Source: Candidatus Zipacnadia bacterium
GTDB lineage: Bacteria > Armatimonadota > Zipacnadia > Zipacnadales > Zipacnadaceae
Length of the DNA stretch: 35,372 bases
Direction: 5' to 3'
Assembly (NCBI GenBank): GCA_029821455.1
Contig: JALGTI010000001.1
Span: forward strand, 1 to 35,372
Shown here: in pieces, positions 27,552 through 35,372 of the stretch
Numbering within the stretch: the stretch's first letter is position 1
How the letters are laid out: each line of letters opens with the position of its first letter
Position numbers and translations under genes: made by a program
Notes under the pieces: model-generated
What the model saw: the letters and a program-made list of their open reading frames with translations, nothing else
Told to the model about the DNA's origin: nothing
Database searches by the model: none

Positions 27552-29636
27552 TTACCCTTCGTCTTCAGCTGCCTTGGCTTCTGCTATGATCTTATCAGCC
27601 TGATAGGCGGGCAGTTCTTCGTAGTGTGACAGTTCCATCGTGTAGCTAGCCCGCCCCTGCGAGATGGAGCGCAGGTCAGCAGCGTATGTCCGCATCTCTG
27701 CATACGGTACCAGGGCGGTGATTAGCACCATCCGGCCACCAAGCTGCACCTGGTCCTGCGGGTGACCACGGCGCCCTGACAGGTCACTTATGATGTCGCC
27801 CATGATCTCAGCCGGTGTCGTGATTTCCACTTTCACTATCGGCTCAAGCAGGACGGGAGCTGCCTCCTCCATCGCTTTGCGGATGGCAATTTGGCCCGCC
27901 AGTCGGAACGCAATGTCGGACGAGTCGACCGGATGGGAGCTCCCATCATCCAGGGTCACCCTAACGTCAACCACGGGGTAGCTGGCCAGCGGTCCGGCGG
28001 CCAGGCCATCCTGCAAGCCCTTCTGCACAGCCGCAATGAAGTTCGTAGGCACCGACCCGCCCCTGATCTCGTTGACGAACTCATATCCTGCCGCACGAGG
28101 CAGCGGGTCGAGGCGAATCCAGACATCGCCGAACTGCCCGCGACCGCCGGTCTGCTTCTTATGCCGTCCCTGCACGCGCACCGACTTAGTGGCCGTCTCA
28201 CGGTAGGGAACCTGCGGCTCGGCGAGCGTGACATCCACATCAAACTTAGCCTTGAGCTTGGCAACGATTACCTCAATGTGTAGCGGCCCCATGCCGTGGA
28301 CGACCAGTTCCCCGGTGTCCTGCGAGCGCTCGAAGCTAAAGCCAATGTCCTCTTCAGCCAGCCGTGCCAGCGCCGTGGAGAGCTTGTCCTGGTCGGCGCG
28401 GGTGACGGCCTCCATCGCCACGGCATGCATCCCGACCGGTATGGGCGGCATCTCATAGACAATTAGGCTCTTGGGCTCACAGAGCGTGTCGCCGGTTACC
28501 GTATGTTCCAGCTTGGTGACACAGCCCAGATCCCCGGCTGCCAGTGTTCCGGCAGTCTTCAGGTCCCTGCCCTGGGTCACCGAGAGGCCGCTGAGCTTCT
28601 CGCGCTCGCCACTGGCACCATTCACCACTGTCATATCGGTCTGGGCCATGCCCGAGACGATGCGGATCAGGCTCAGCTTGCCCACATAAGGATCGGTGAG
28701 CGTCTTGAAAACGATTGCGCTGAATGGCTCGGAGCTATCGCAACTGCGTGTGATCTCTGCATCACTGCCCGGGCTCTTACCTGTCCAGGCTGGTGCCTCT
28801 ACCGGGCTGGGGCAAGCGCCGGCCAGGAAGTCCATTATCACCACCGTGCCAATGTTGCGCAGCGCCGAGGCGCACAGCACAGGCATAACACTGCCGGCGG
28901 CAACTCCTGCCTTCAGCCCCGTAATCAGTTCCTCTTCGCTGAGTGTATCGTTCTCAAAGAATTTCTCCATCAGCTCATCATCGCTGGCCGCGACGGCCTC
29001 AATAAGCTGGCCTCGCGCCTCTTTGACCTCATCGGCCATCTCCGCAGACACCTCCGCCACCTGCGGCGATTTGCCATCCCCGCTGATGGCCTTGTTGCTC
29101 AGCAGATCAACGATGCCCGAAAAGGCGCTTTCGACTCCGATGGGCAGATGGATTGGCGCCACTTCAATACCTGCAAGCGCCTCCCGAATGCTGTCGAGGC
29201 TATTCTGGAAGTTTGAATGTTCCCTGTCCAGCCGGTTGATGACACACACAAGCGGCAGGCCCATCTCCCGCGCAGTAGCGAAAACCTTGCGAGTGTGCAC
29301 CTCGACGCCGGCTGCTGCGTCAACCACCAGCAGCGCCGCGTCCACTGCCGCCAGGCACGGCAGCACCTCGGCAAAGAATTCCGCATAGCCGGGCGTATCA
29401 AGAAGGTTCAACTTTATCTTGTCATGGTGGACGTGGGCCAGGGCAGGCGAGATGCTGATCTGGCGCTGTCGCTCTTCTTCGTCAAAGTCAGTGGTAGCCT
29501 GGCCGCTGTCCACGCCCCCCAGCCTGCTAACCTCACCAGCCGTGTTCAGCATCGCCTCCACCAGGGTCGTCTTCCCGCAGCCACGATGACCGATCAAAGC
29601 AATATTCCGTATGTTTTCGCTCTCAAATAACGGCAC
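27552..29636 (-). CDS. fusA2: Elongation factor G-like protein (EF-G2 paralog)
   Basis: IRNIALIGHRGCGKTTL, EERQRQISI, DTPGYAEF, NRLD, HKKQTGGRGQFG, HPVDSSDIAF, LLEPI. GTG start follows a GGGAGG SD. Confidence 0.93.
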   Translation of the reverse strand: MPLFESENIRNIALIGHRGCGKTTLVEAMLNTAGEVSRLGGVDSGQATTDFDEEERQRQISISPALAHVHHDKIKLNLLDTPGYAEFFAEVLPCLAAVDAALLVVDAAAGVEVHTRKVFATAREMGLPLVCVINRLDREHSNFQNSLDSIREALAGIEVAPIHLPIGVESAFSGIVDLLSNKAISGDGKSPQVAEVSAEMADEVKEARGQLIEAVAASDDELMEKFFENDTLSEEELITGLKAGVAAGSVMPVLCASALRNIGTVVIMDFLAGACPSPVEAPAWTGKSPGSDAEITRSCDSSEPFSAIVFKTLTDPYVGKLSLIRIVSGMAQTDMTVVNGASGEREKLSGLSVTQGRDLKTAGTLAAGDLGCVTKLEHTVTGDTLCEPKSLIVYEMPPIPVGMHAVAMEAVTRADQDKLSTALARLAEEDIGFSFERSQDTGELVVHGMGPLHIEVIVAKLKAKFDVDVTLAEPQVPYRETATKSVRVQGRHKKQTGGRGQFGDVWIRLDPLPRAAGYEFVNEIRGGSVPTNFIAAVQKGLQDGLAAGPLASYPVVDVRVTLDDGSSHPVDSSDIAFRLAGQIAIRKAMEEAAPVLLEPIVKVEITTPAEIMGDIISDLSGRRGHPQDQVQLGGRMVLITALVPYAEMRTYAADLRSISQGRASYTMELSHYEELPAYQADKIIAEAKAAEDEG

Positions 29637-29676
29637 AACAGCCGCCTCCCAGATGCTATCTAAAGCAAACGGGTTG

Positions 29677-29940
29677 TTATTCAGCTCGCGCCAGTACGCG
29701 AGTAACTCGCCACGACTTGCTCCGGCTCAGCGGCCGGCATTCGGTTATCTCCACCAAGTCGCCGGCCCGGCAGGTATTGTCTTCGTCGTGAGCCTTGTAC
29801 TTCTTCGTACGTCGCATAACGCGGCCATACAACGGATGAGGCGTCAATCGCTCCACCGCCACCGTGACCGTCTTATCCATCTTGTGGCTGGCCACCACAC
29901 CTTGGAGGGTTCTTCGCCTCCCACGATTATCGTCGCTCAT
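29677..29940 (-). CDS. rpsQ: 30S ribosomal protein uS17
   Basis: [38 protein letters not shown]. Confidence 0.97.
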   Translation of the reverse strand: MSDDNRGRRRTLQGVVASHKMDKTVTVAVERLTPHPLYGRVMRRTKKYKAHDEDNTCRAGDLVEITECRPLSRSKSWRVTRVLARAE

Positions 29941-29983
29941 AGCTATTTGCTAACCCTCTCTATCGCGTCGGCAGGCAAGTCAC

Positions 29984-30214
29984 TTATCGCTGGCTAATGC
30001 TCAGCTCGCGCTCACGCAAGATAGTGTTAATCCGCGCGATAGCCTTGCGATACTTGCGGACGCGCTTGGGATCCTCAATCTGACCCGAGGCCAGGCGGAA
30101 GCGCAGATTGAATAGACTCTCCGTTATGTGTCGGCGGCGGTCGCGCAGCTCTGCGTCAGTGGAGTCGCGCAGTTGCTCGATGAACTGCCGCGTCGTGTCG
30201 CAGCTATCAGGCAT
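29984..30214 (-). CDS. rpmC: 50S ribosomal protein uL29
   Basis: [31 protein letters not shown]; lies between rplP and rpsQ. Confidence 0.95.
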   Translation of the reverse strand: MPDSCDTTRQFIEQLRDSTDAELRDRRRHITESLFNLRFRLASGQIEDPKRVRKYRKAIARINTILRERELSISQR

Positions 30215-30629
30215 ATCCCTCGTCCTCCCGCGTCACAAACTTCGTCCTAATCGGGAGCTTGTGGGCGGCCAGCCGCATCGCATCCCTGGCCACATCATCA
30301 GGCACACCGGCCATTTCAAACATTATGCGACCGGGCTTGACGACGGCCACATAATGGGCGACAGCACCCTTTCCCTTGCCCATCCGCGTCTCAGCCGGCG
30401 TCTCTGTGACTGGCTTGTCGGGGAAGACTCGGATCCAGATCTTGCCGCCGCGATGGGCGCGGCGCGTCATCGCCACACGCGCCGCCTCAATCTGCCGTGA
30501 GGTCAGCCAACAGGGCTCCAGAGCCTGCAGCCCATATTCGCCCACTGTCAAAGCGTTACCGCGGCTAGCCGTGCCCTTCATGCGGCCGCGATGCTGCTTG
30601 CGGTACTTCGTGCGTTTGGGCATCAACAT
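30207..30629 (-). CDS. rplP: 50S ribosomal protein uL16
   Basis: [47 protein letters not shown]. Confidence 0.98.
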   Translation of the reverse strand: MLMPKRTKYRKQHRGRMKGTASRGNALTVGEYGLQALEPCWLTSRQIEAARVAMTRRAHRGGKIWIRVFPDKPVTETPAETRMGKGKGAVAHYVAVVKPGRIMFEMAGVPDDVARDAMRLAAHKLPIRTKFVTREDEGYA

Positions 30630-30635
30630 TCGCTA

Positions 30636-31586
30636 CTACTCCTCCTCGGGCTTAGCCTCGGTATCCTCTTCGGTGTCAAGCACTGCCACGATGGACGCCT
30701 CATCGGCCTCCTGCGGGGCGGCTGTCTCTGGTGCCTCCCCTTGCGCTCCAGTCTCTGCAACAGCTTCCTCTCCTGCTTCTGTGGCCGGTTCTTCGTCAGC
30801 CGTCGCGGTGGCCGGCACTTCCTCAGCCACTTCCACTGTCGGCTGTTCACCAGCTTCTGCGGCCGACACTTCAGCCTCAGCAGTTATCACCTCAGTTGCA
30901 GCCTCCTCTGCCTGCTCTTCCGCTTCAATCTCCTCGACAGCGGGCTCCGGCTGCTTCGGAAGGATATCACCCTTGTATATCCAGACCTTCACACCGATGT
31001 TTCCGTAAGTCGTCTGCGCCTCAGCAAGCCCGTATTCTACATCGGCCCGCAGCGTATGCAACGGCACCCGGCCTTCGGGCCCCACGGCCTCAGTGCGCGC
31101 AATTTCAGCCCCCCCAAGCCGTCCGCTAACCATGGCGCGAATCCCCAGTGCACCAAGCTTCATCGCCCGCTCTACGGCCTGGCGCATTGCGCGCCGATAG
31201 CTGATACGGCGTTCGATCTGCCGGGCGATGTTATCTGCCACCAGTTGCGCATTAGTATCGGGGTCCCGCGCCTCGTCCACATTCACCCGCACCTTGGCAT
31301 CGGTCAACTTCTCTATCTGCTGCCGCAGCCGTTCCACATCCTGCCCGCCACGACCGATCACCATCCCTGGCTTAGCGGTCTCAATGTTCACCGTTACCAC
31401 ATCGCCCATCCGCTCAATCATTACTGCTGATATGCCGGCGTCGCCGTGCTGCTTGGCGATTAGCTGGCGGATCTTGAGGTCCTCAACAAGCTGCTGACGA
31501 TAGCGAGGGCCCTCAGCAAACCAGCGACTGCGTGACTGGCGGATTATGCCCAGACGCAGGCCGTATGGATGAACTTTCTGTCCCAT
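30636..31586 (-). CDS. rpsC: 30S ribosomal protein uS3 with a long acidic C-terminal tail
   Basis: [54 protein letters not shown]. Confidence 0.97.
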   Translation of the reverse strand: MGQKVHPYGLRLGIIRQSRSRWFAEGPRYRQQLVEDLKIRQLIAKQHGDAGISAVMIERMGDVVTVNIETAKPGMVIGRGGQDVERLRQQIEKLTDAKVRVNVDEARDPDTNAQLVADNIARQIERRISYRRAMRQAVERAMKLGALGIRAMVSGRLGGAEIARTEAVGPEGRVPLHTLRADVEYGLAEAQTTYGNIGVKVWIYKGDILPKQPEPAVEEIEAEEQAEEAATEVITAEAEVSAAEAGEQPTVEVAEEVPATATADEEPATEAGEEAVAETGAQGEAPETAAPQEADEASIVAVLDTEEDTEAKPEEE

Positions 31587-31612
31587 CAACATCACTCCCT
31601 GGCCGCTGGAGG

Positions 31613-31957
31613 CTACTCTTGCTCTACTTCGTCACTGACAACCACAGTGACATGACAATTGCGCCGCACCATCCTGTCAGCTCGCCCCCGTGCCCGCCGT
31701 TTGATGCGCGGAATCCTGAGCGCCTCGCCGGCATACACCTCGGTCACCGTCAGCTCCTCAGGGTCCATATCGTGATTATTCTCAGCATTGGCCACCGCCG
31801 ACTCCAGGCACTTGCTTAGCACGGCCGCCGCGGGGCTGGACTGCACCCCCAGGATCGCGCGGGCCTCCGCAAGCGGCAGTCCCCGGATCAGGTCAGCAAA
31901 CCGCCGTACCTTGCGCGGCCCAGTCCGCACCCATTTCGCTCTTGCGATCGCTTCCAT
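31613..31957 (-). CDS. rplV: 50S ribosomal protein uL22
   Basis: [33 protein letters not shown]. Confidence 0.96.
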   Translation of the reverse strand: MEAIARAKWVRTGPRKVRRFADLIRGLPLAEARAILGVQSSPAAAVLSKCLESAVANAENNHDMDPEELTVTEVYAGEALRIPRIKRRARGRADRMVRRNCHVTVVVSDEVEQE

Positions 31958-31979
31958 CACGATGACTCCTCGACCTGGC

Positions 31980-32267
31980 TTAGGTCACGCTGGTTACTCG
32001 TTCGCCGCGGGATGGGCGCATCCCCCGATATGTGCGGGTCGGGACGAACTCACCAAGCTTGTGCCCCACCATATTCTCAGTAATGTAGATGGGCACGTGC
32101 TTACGGCCATCGTACACTGCGATGGTATGCCCAACCATCTCCGGGAAGATCGTCGAGCGTCGTGACCACGTCTTGATAATGCGCTTCTCCCCGCTAGTCT
32201 CCATCGCCTCGATCTTTGCCAGCAGCTTGGGATCCGCATAGGGACCCTTCTTGATAGATCTGGGCAT
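31980..32267 (-). CDS. rpsS: 30S ribosomal protein uS19
   Basis: [32 protein letters not shown]. Confidence 0.98.
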   Translation of the reverse strand: MPRSIKKGPYADPKLLAKIEAMETSGEKRIIKTWSRRSTIFPEMVGHTIAVYDGRKHVPIYITENMVGHKLGEFVPTRTYRGMRPSRGERVTSVT

Positions 32268-32309
32268 ACAGTCAGCCTCCAGTGGCCACTGGTACTTGCG
32301 CCTTCGCCC

Positions 32310-33146
32310 CTACCGTTGTGACCTGCGTCGTCGCACTATGTACTTGTTTGATGGCTTGGTCTTCTTGCGCGTTTTCTTGCCCAGTGTCTTTTGCCCCCAC
32401 GGGCTACGCGGGCTGTCCATACCGATGGGTGCCTTGCCCTCGCCGCCCCCGTGTGGATGGTCCACAGGATTCATCGCGCTACCGCGCACTGTGGGCCGCA
32501 CACCTCGCCAGCGTTTGCGCCCCGCCTTGCCATCACGAATGTTTACCTGATCAATGTTCCCCACGCGTCCCACCGTGGCTCGACAGGCGGCTGGCACCAT
32601 TCGCATCTCACCGGAAGGCAGGCGTAACGTCACATAATTGCCCTCACGTGCCATGAGCTGCGCGCCGGCACCTGCACTGCGCACTAACTGTCCGCCCTTG
32701 CCGGGCTGCATCTCCACACTGTGCACCACCGTCCCGACAGGGATGTTCTGAAGCGGCAGGCAGTTGCCCGCTCGTGCAGGCACCTCTTGTCCCGAGATGA
32801 CCTGCCTACCCTTCACCAGGCCCTGAGGTGCGAGGATGTAGCGCTTTTCACCATCCTGGTACTCCAGCAGCGCGATATGTGCCGAGCGTCCTGGATCGTA
32901 CTCGATCGCCTTCACCACGGCCGGGATGTCGTCTTTGTTGCGTTTGAAATCAACTACGCGTAGCAGCCGCTTGTGTCCTCCGCCCCGGTGGCGCACGCTT
33001 ATCTTGCCACCCACGTTGCGCCCCGCCTTCTGCTTACGCGGCATCGTCAGGGTGCGCTCCGGGCGCTTGCGGTCAAGCTCCGAGGTATCGGAGGCAATGT
33101 GGAAGCGCCGACCTGGCGAAGTTGGCTTCTTCTGTTTGACCGGCAT
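32310..33146 (-). CDS. rplB: 50S ribosomal protein uL2
   Basis: [45 protein letters not shown]. Confidence 0.98.
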   Translation of the reverse strand: MPVKQKKPTSPGRRFHIASDTSELDRKRPERTLTMPRKQKAGRNVGGKISVRHRGGGHKRLLRVVDFKRNKDDIPAVVKAIEYDPGRSAHIALLEYQDGEKRYILAPQGLVKGRQVISGQEVPARAGNCLPLQNIPVGTVVHSVEMQPGKGGQLVRSAGAGAQLMAREGNYVTLRLPSGEMRMVPAACRATVGRVGNIDQVNIRDGKAGRKRWRGVRPTVRGSAMNPVDHPHGGGEGKAPIGMDSPRSPWGQKTLGKKTRKKTKPSNKYIVRRRRSQR

Positions 33147-33176
33147 TAGCAATCTCTCCGTTTGCGCACCGACTCA

Positions 33177-33497
33177 CTAAGTAATTTCGAACTCGGCAAT
33201 CCGCTCACCGGGGACCAGTGTCACGATGGCCTTCTTCCACTGGGCCGTCTTGCCGACCCTGTGGCGATAGCTGCGGCGGCGTGACTTGCCGCGCACATTC
33301 ATCGTGTTGACCGAAAGCACATGCACGTCAAACAGTGCTTCCACCGCCTCGCGGATCTGGATTTTGTTCGCCTCCGGGTGTACCCGGAAGTGATACTTGC
33401 CCCGGCCTTCGGCATCACCCATAGACTTTTCAGTGACGATCGGCTGAAGTATGATGCCACGGTAAGAGCTTGTGGGCTCAATGTCAGGACTCGGCAT
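33177..33497 (-). CDS. rplW: 50S ribosomal protein uL23
   Basis: PIVTEKS, ANKIQIREAVEALFDV.V..VNT, WKKAIVTL. ATG at 33497 follows GGAG and overlaps the end of rplD. Confidence 0.95.
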   Translation of the reverse strand: MPSPDIEPTSSYRGIILQPIVTEKSMGDAEGRGKYHFRVHPEANKIQIREAVEALFDVHVLSVNTMNVRGKSRRRSYRHRVGKTAQWKKAIVTLVPGERIAEFEIT

Positions 33498-34131
33498 CTT
33501 GTTTCTCTCCAGACTCAAGGAGTGCCAGCGCCGACCGCGTGATGACGATGTTATCGGCCCACAACACCTCGCGGACTGAGAAGTGTGGCGCGGGGCGCGG
33601 GATCAGACCAGCGACATTGCGGCAGCTTTTGTATATCCTGTCATCCTCGGCCTCCGCTGGTCCCAGCAGCAGCAGCATATTACCGCGGACTCCGAGGTCC
33701 TCAAGCATTTGCACTACGCGCTTGGTCTTGATCTCATCGAGCCGAATCTCATCAAGAATTGTCACCTTCCCCGCCGCTATCTGAGCTGACAGGGCGCTAT
33801 GGAGGGCTTGTCGGCGCATCCTGCGTGGCATCGCGACCCGGCTGCCCTCGCCCCGGGGGCCGTGAGCCTTCGCCCCGCCGACGAACAGCGGCGCACTCTG
33901 CGCACCGTGCCGCGCCCTGCCCATGCCCTTCTGCCGGTACCACTTGCCGTGAGTGAGCTTGATCTCAGAGCGCGTTTTGGTGCGGCCTGCCTGGCGCTGC
34001 CGCGCCTTCGCTACGGTCACCAGAGCCTGATGGATGAGGTCCTCGTTCAGCTCCGCCCCGAATACCTCCGCACTGAGCTGAACCTCACCCACCTTATCGC
34101 CCTGCATATTACACACCGCTGCTTGCGGCAT
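33484..34131 (-). CDS. rplD: 50S ribosomal protein uL4
   Basis: TKTRSE, RQKGMGRARHG, GG.KAHGPR, ALHSALS. Confidence 0.96.
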   Translation of the reverse strand: MPQAAVCNMQGDKVGEVQLSAEVFGAELNEDLIHQALVTVAKARQRQAGRTKTRSEIKLTHGKWYRQKGMGRARHGAQSAPLFVGGAKAHGPRGEGSRVAMPRRMRRQALHSALSAQIAAGKVTILDEIRLDEIKTKRVVQMLEDLGVRGNMLLLLGPAEAEDDRIYKSCRNVAGLIPRPAPHFSVREVLWADNIVITRSALALLESGEKQDAES

Positions 34132-34176
34132 ACGGCTTCATCCCTTCAAGTGTCACCAAGGGCCTAGGCGTACCTG

Positions 34177-34794
34177 CTACTGGGGCCCGATGATCACCAG
34201 GCTACCAGGGGGACCGGGGACTGCCCCTTTGACCACTAACAAATGATTATCCCTGTCAATCTCAACGAGCTCGAGACCCTTAACTGTAGCTATCTTGTTG
34301 CCCATGTGACCGGGCATCCGCTGCCCTGGGAATACGCGGGCCGCATCCGTCGCTCCGGCCGACATCGGCGCGCGATGCACCTTGGAGCCGTGGCTGGCCG
34401 GTCCGCCCTTGAAACCGTACCGCTTGATCACCCCGGCAAAGCCGCGGCCCTTGGAGGTGCCTGTTACGCTTACGCTCTGGCCACGTTCGAATAGCTCAAC
34501 GGTTAACTCCTGGCCAACCTCAAACTCCTCGTCGTCTGCGACACGGAACTCGCGCAGGTGCTTCAGCGGCGCGAGATTACGACTCTCGAAGTGGCCGGTC
34601 ATTGGGCTATTGGTGCGGCTGCGCTTGGCCTCCTTGAAGCCTACCTGGATTGCTGAATAGCCATCGGTTCCCACCGTCTTACGCTGTACGACCGTGCACG
34701 GGCCAGCCTTGATCACGGTCACGGGCACCGCACGGCCGTCTTCGGTGAAAATCCGCGTCATTCCCATCTTGGTGCCGATCAATCCTGCAGGCAT
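34177..34794 (-). CDS. rplC: 50S ribosomal protein uL3
   Basis: GTKMGMTRIF, PVTVI.AGPC, DGYSAIQVG, GTSKGRGFAGVIKR, MPGHMG, KGAVPG. Confidence 0.97.
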   Translation of the reverse strand: MPAGLIGTKMGMTRIFTEDGRAVPVTVIKAGPCTVVQRKTVGTDGYSAIQVGFKEAKRSRTNSPMTGHFESRNLAPLKHLREFRVADDEEFEVGQELTVELFERGQSVSVTGTSKGRGFAGVIKRYGFKGGPASHGSKVHRAPMSAGATDAARVFPGQRMPGHMGNKIATVKGLELVEIDRDNHLLVVKGAVPGPPGSLVIIGPQ

Positions 34795-34850
34795 GCTCTT
34801 CACCATTTCCAATTCATCTGCGCGACATCCACAGCGCCCCGCTGGCAGGG

Positions 34851-35180
34851 CTAGGCCAGGCCACCCGTCCTAATGGCAATGTCTACCCCGCCGGGCAGGT
34901 CCAGCTTCATCAACGCATCCACGGTGCGGGTTGTGGAGTCGAGGATATCTATCAGGCGCTTGTGGATGCGGATCTCAAAGTGCTCCATACTGCGCGAGCT
35001 GCGCCCGAGAGCAGTGGGCCGTACGATGCAGTGCACGTGCTTCTCCGTTGGGAGGGGGATGGGCCCGGCAATGCGCGCTCCTGTGCGCTCCGCCGTCTCC
35101 ACAATCTTCTGGCACGAGCGATCCAGTACCTCATGATCAAAGGCCTTCAGTTTGATACGGATGCTGTTGGTATCGGCCAT
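34851..35180 (-). CDS. rpsJ: 30S ribosomal protein uS10
   Basis: [40 protein letters not shown]. Confidence 0.96.
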   Translation of the reverse strand: MADTNSIRIKLKAFDHEVLDRSCQKIVETAERTGARIAGPIPLPTEKHVHCIVRPTALGRSSRSMEHFEIRIHKRLIDILDSTTRTVDALMKLDLPGGVDIAIRTGGLA

Positions 35181-35239
35181 TTCCTGCTACTCCTCCGGTT
35201 GGACTCGGTGGCGCGCCGCTGTTATGTCGGGTGTGTCTT

Positions 35240-35372
35240 CTACTTGATGATTTTAGTTACAACGCCTGCGCCGACCGTATGGCCACCCTCCCGCACCGCA
35301 AAGCGCACGCCCTCCTCCATCGCAATCGGCTCGATCAACTGCCCCCTCAGCGTGACATTGTCCCCCGGCATC
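35240..35372 (-). CDS. tuf: Elongation factor Tu, C-terminal fragment (truncated by the window edge)
   Basis: Manual translation: ...[43 protein letters not shown]. Confidence 0.96.
   Translation of the reverse strand, partial: MPGDNVTLRGQLIEPIAMEEGVRFAVREGGHTVGAGVVTKIIK

Noticed and set aside
1-35372. CRISPR arrays, tRNA/rRNA genes, transposases, prophage or defence genes
   Set aside because: No regularly spaced repeats or such genes were recognised. The window is nearly fully occupied by identifiable CDSs, with gaps under 170 bp.

Overview
GC-rich bacterial core-genome window with almost all genes on the minus strand. Read in transcription direction (right to left) it contains: the 3' end of tuf; the S10, spc and alpha ribosomal-protein clusters; truA-rplM-rpsI; a secreted hypothetical protein; then, behind a clear sigma70 promoter, yceD-rpmF-plsX-fabH-[acyl-CoA dehydrogenase-etfB-etfA]-fabD-fabG-acpP-fabF-rnc and a secreted GH42-like protein, converging on the 3' end of a TonB-dependent receptor. 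An outer-membrane receptor together with a Firmicutes-like gene order suggests a diderm Terrabacteria member such as Armatimonadota (inference only). Main anomalies: (1) an acyl-CoA dehydrogenase/EtfB/ferredoxin-EtfA module sits between fabH and fabD, where many anaerobic Firmicutes encode the enoyl-ACP reductase FabK, which suggests an undescribed, possibly electron-bifurcating enoyl-ACP reductase for fatty-acid synthesis; (2) an EF-G2 paralog lies between rpsQ and rplN; (3) rpsE (uS5) and rpmD (uL30) are cleanly absent from the spc operon; (4) uS10, IF-1 and uS3 are divergent; (5) REP-like palindromes recur in intergenic gaps. No rRNA, tRNA, CRISPR array or transposase was recognised. Several start codons were moved from the ORF track using Shine-Dalgarno position and family N-termini. 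All motif comparisons are from memory and were not computed.
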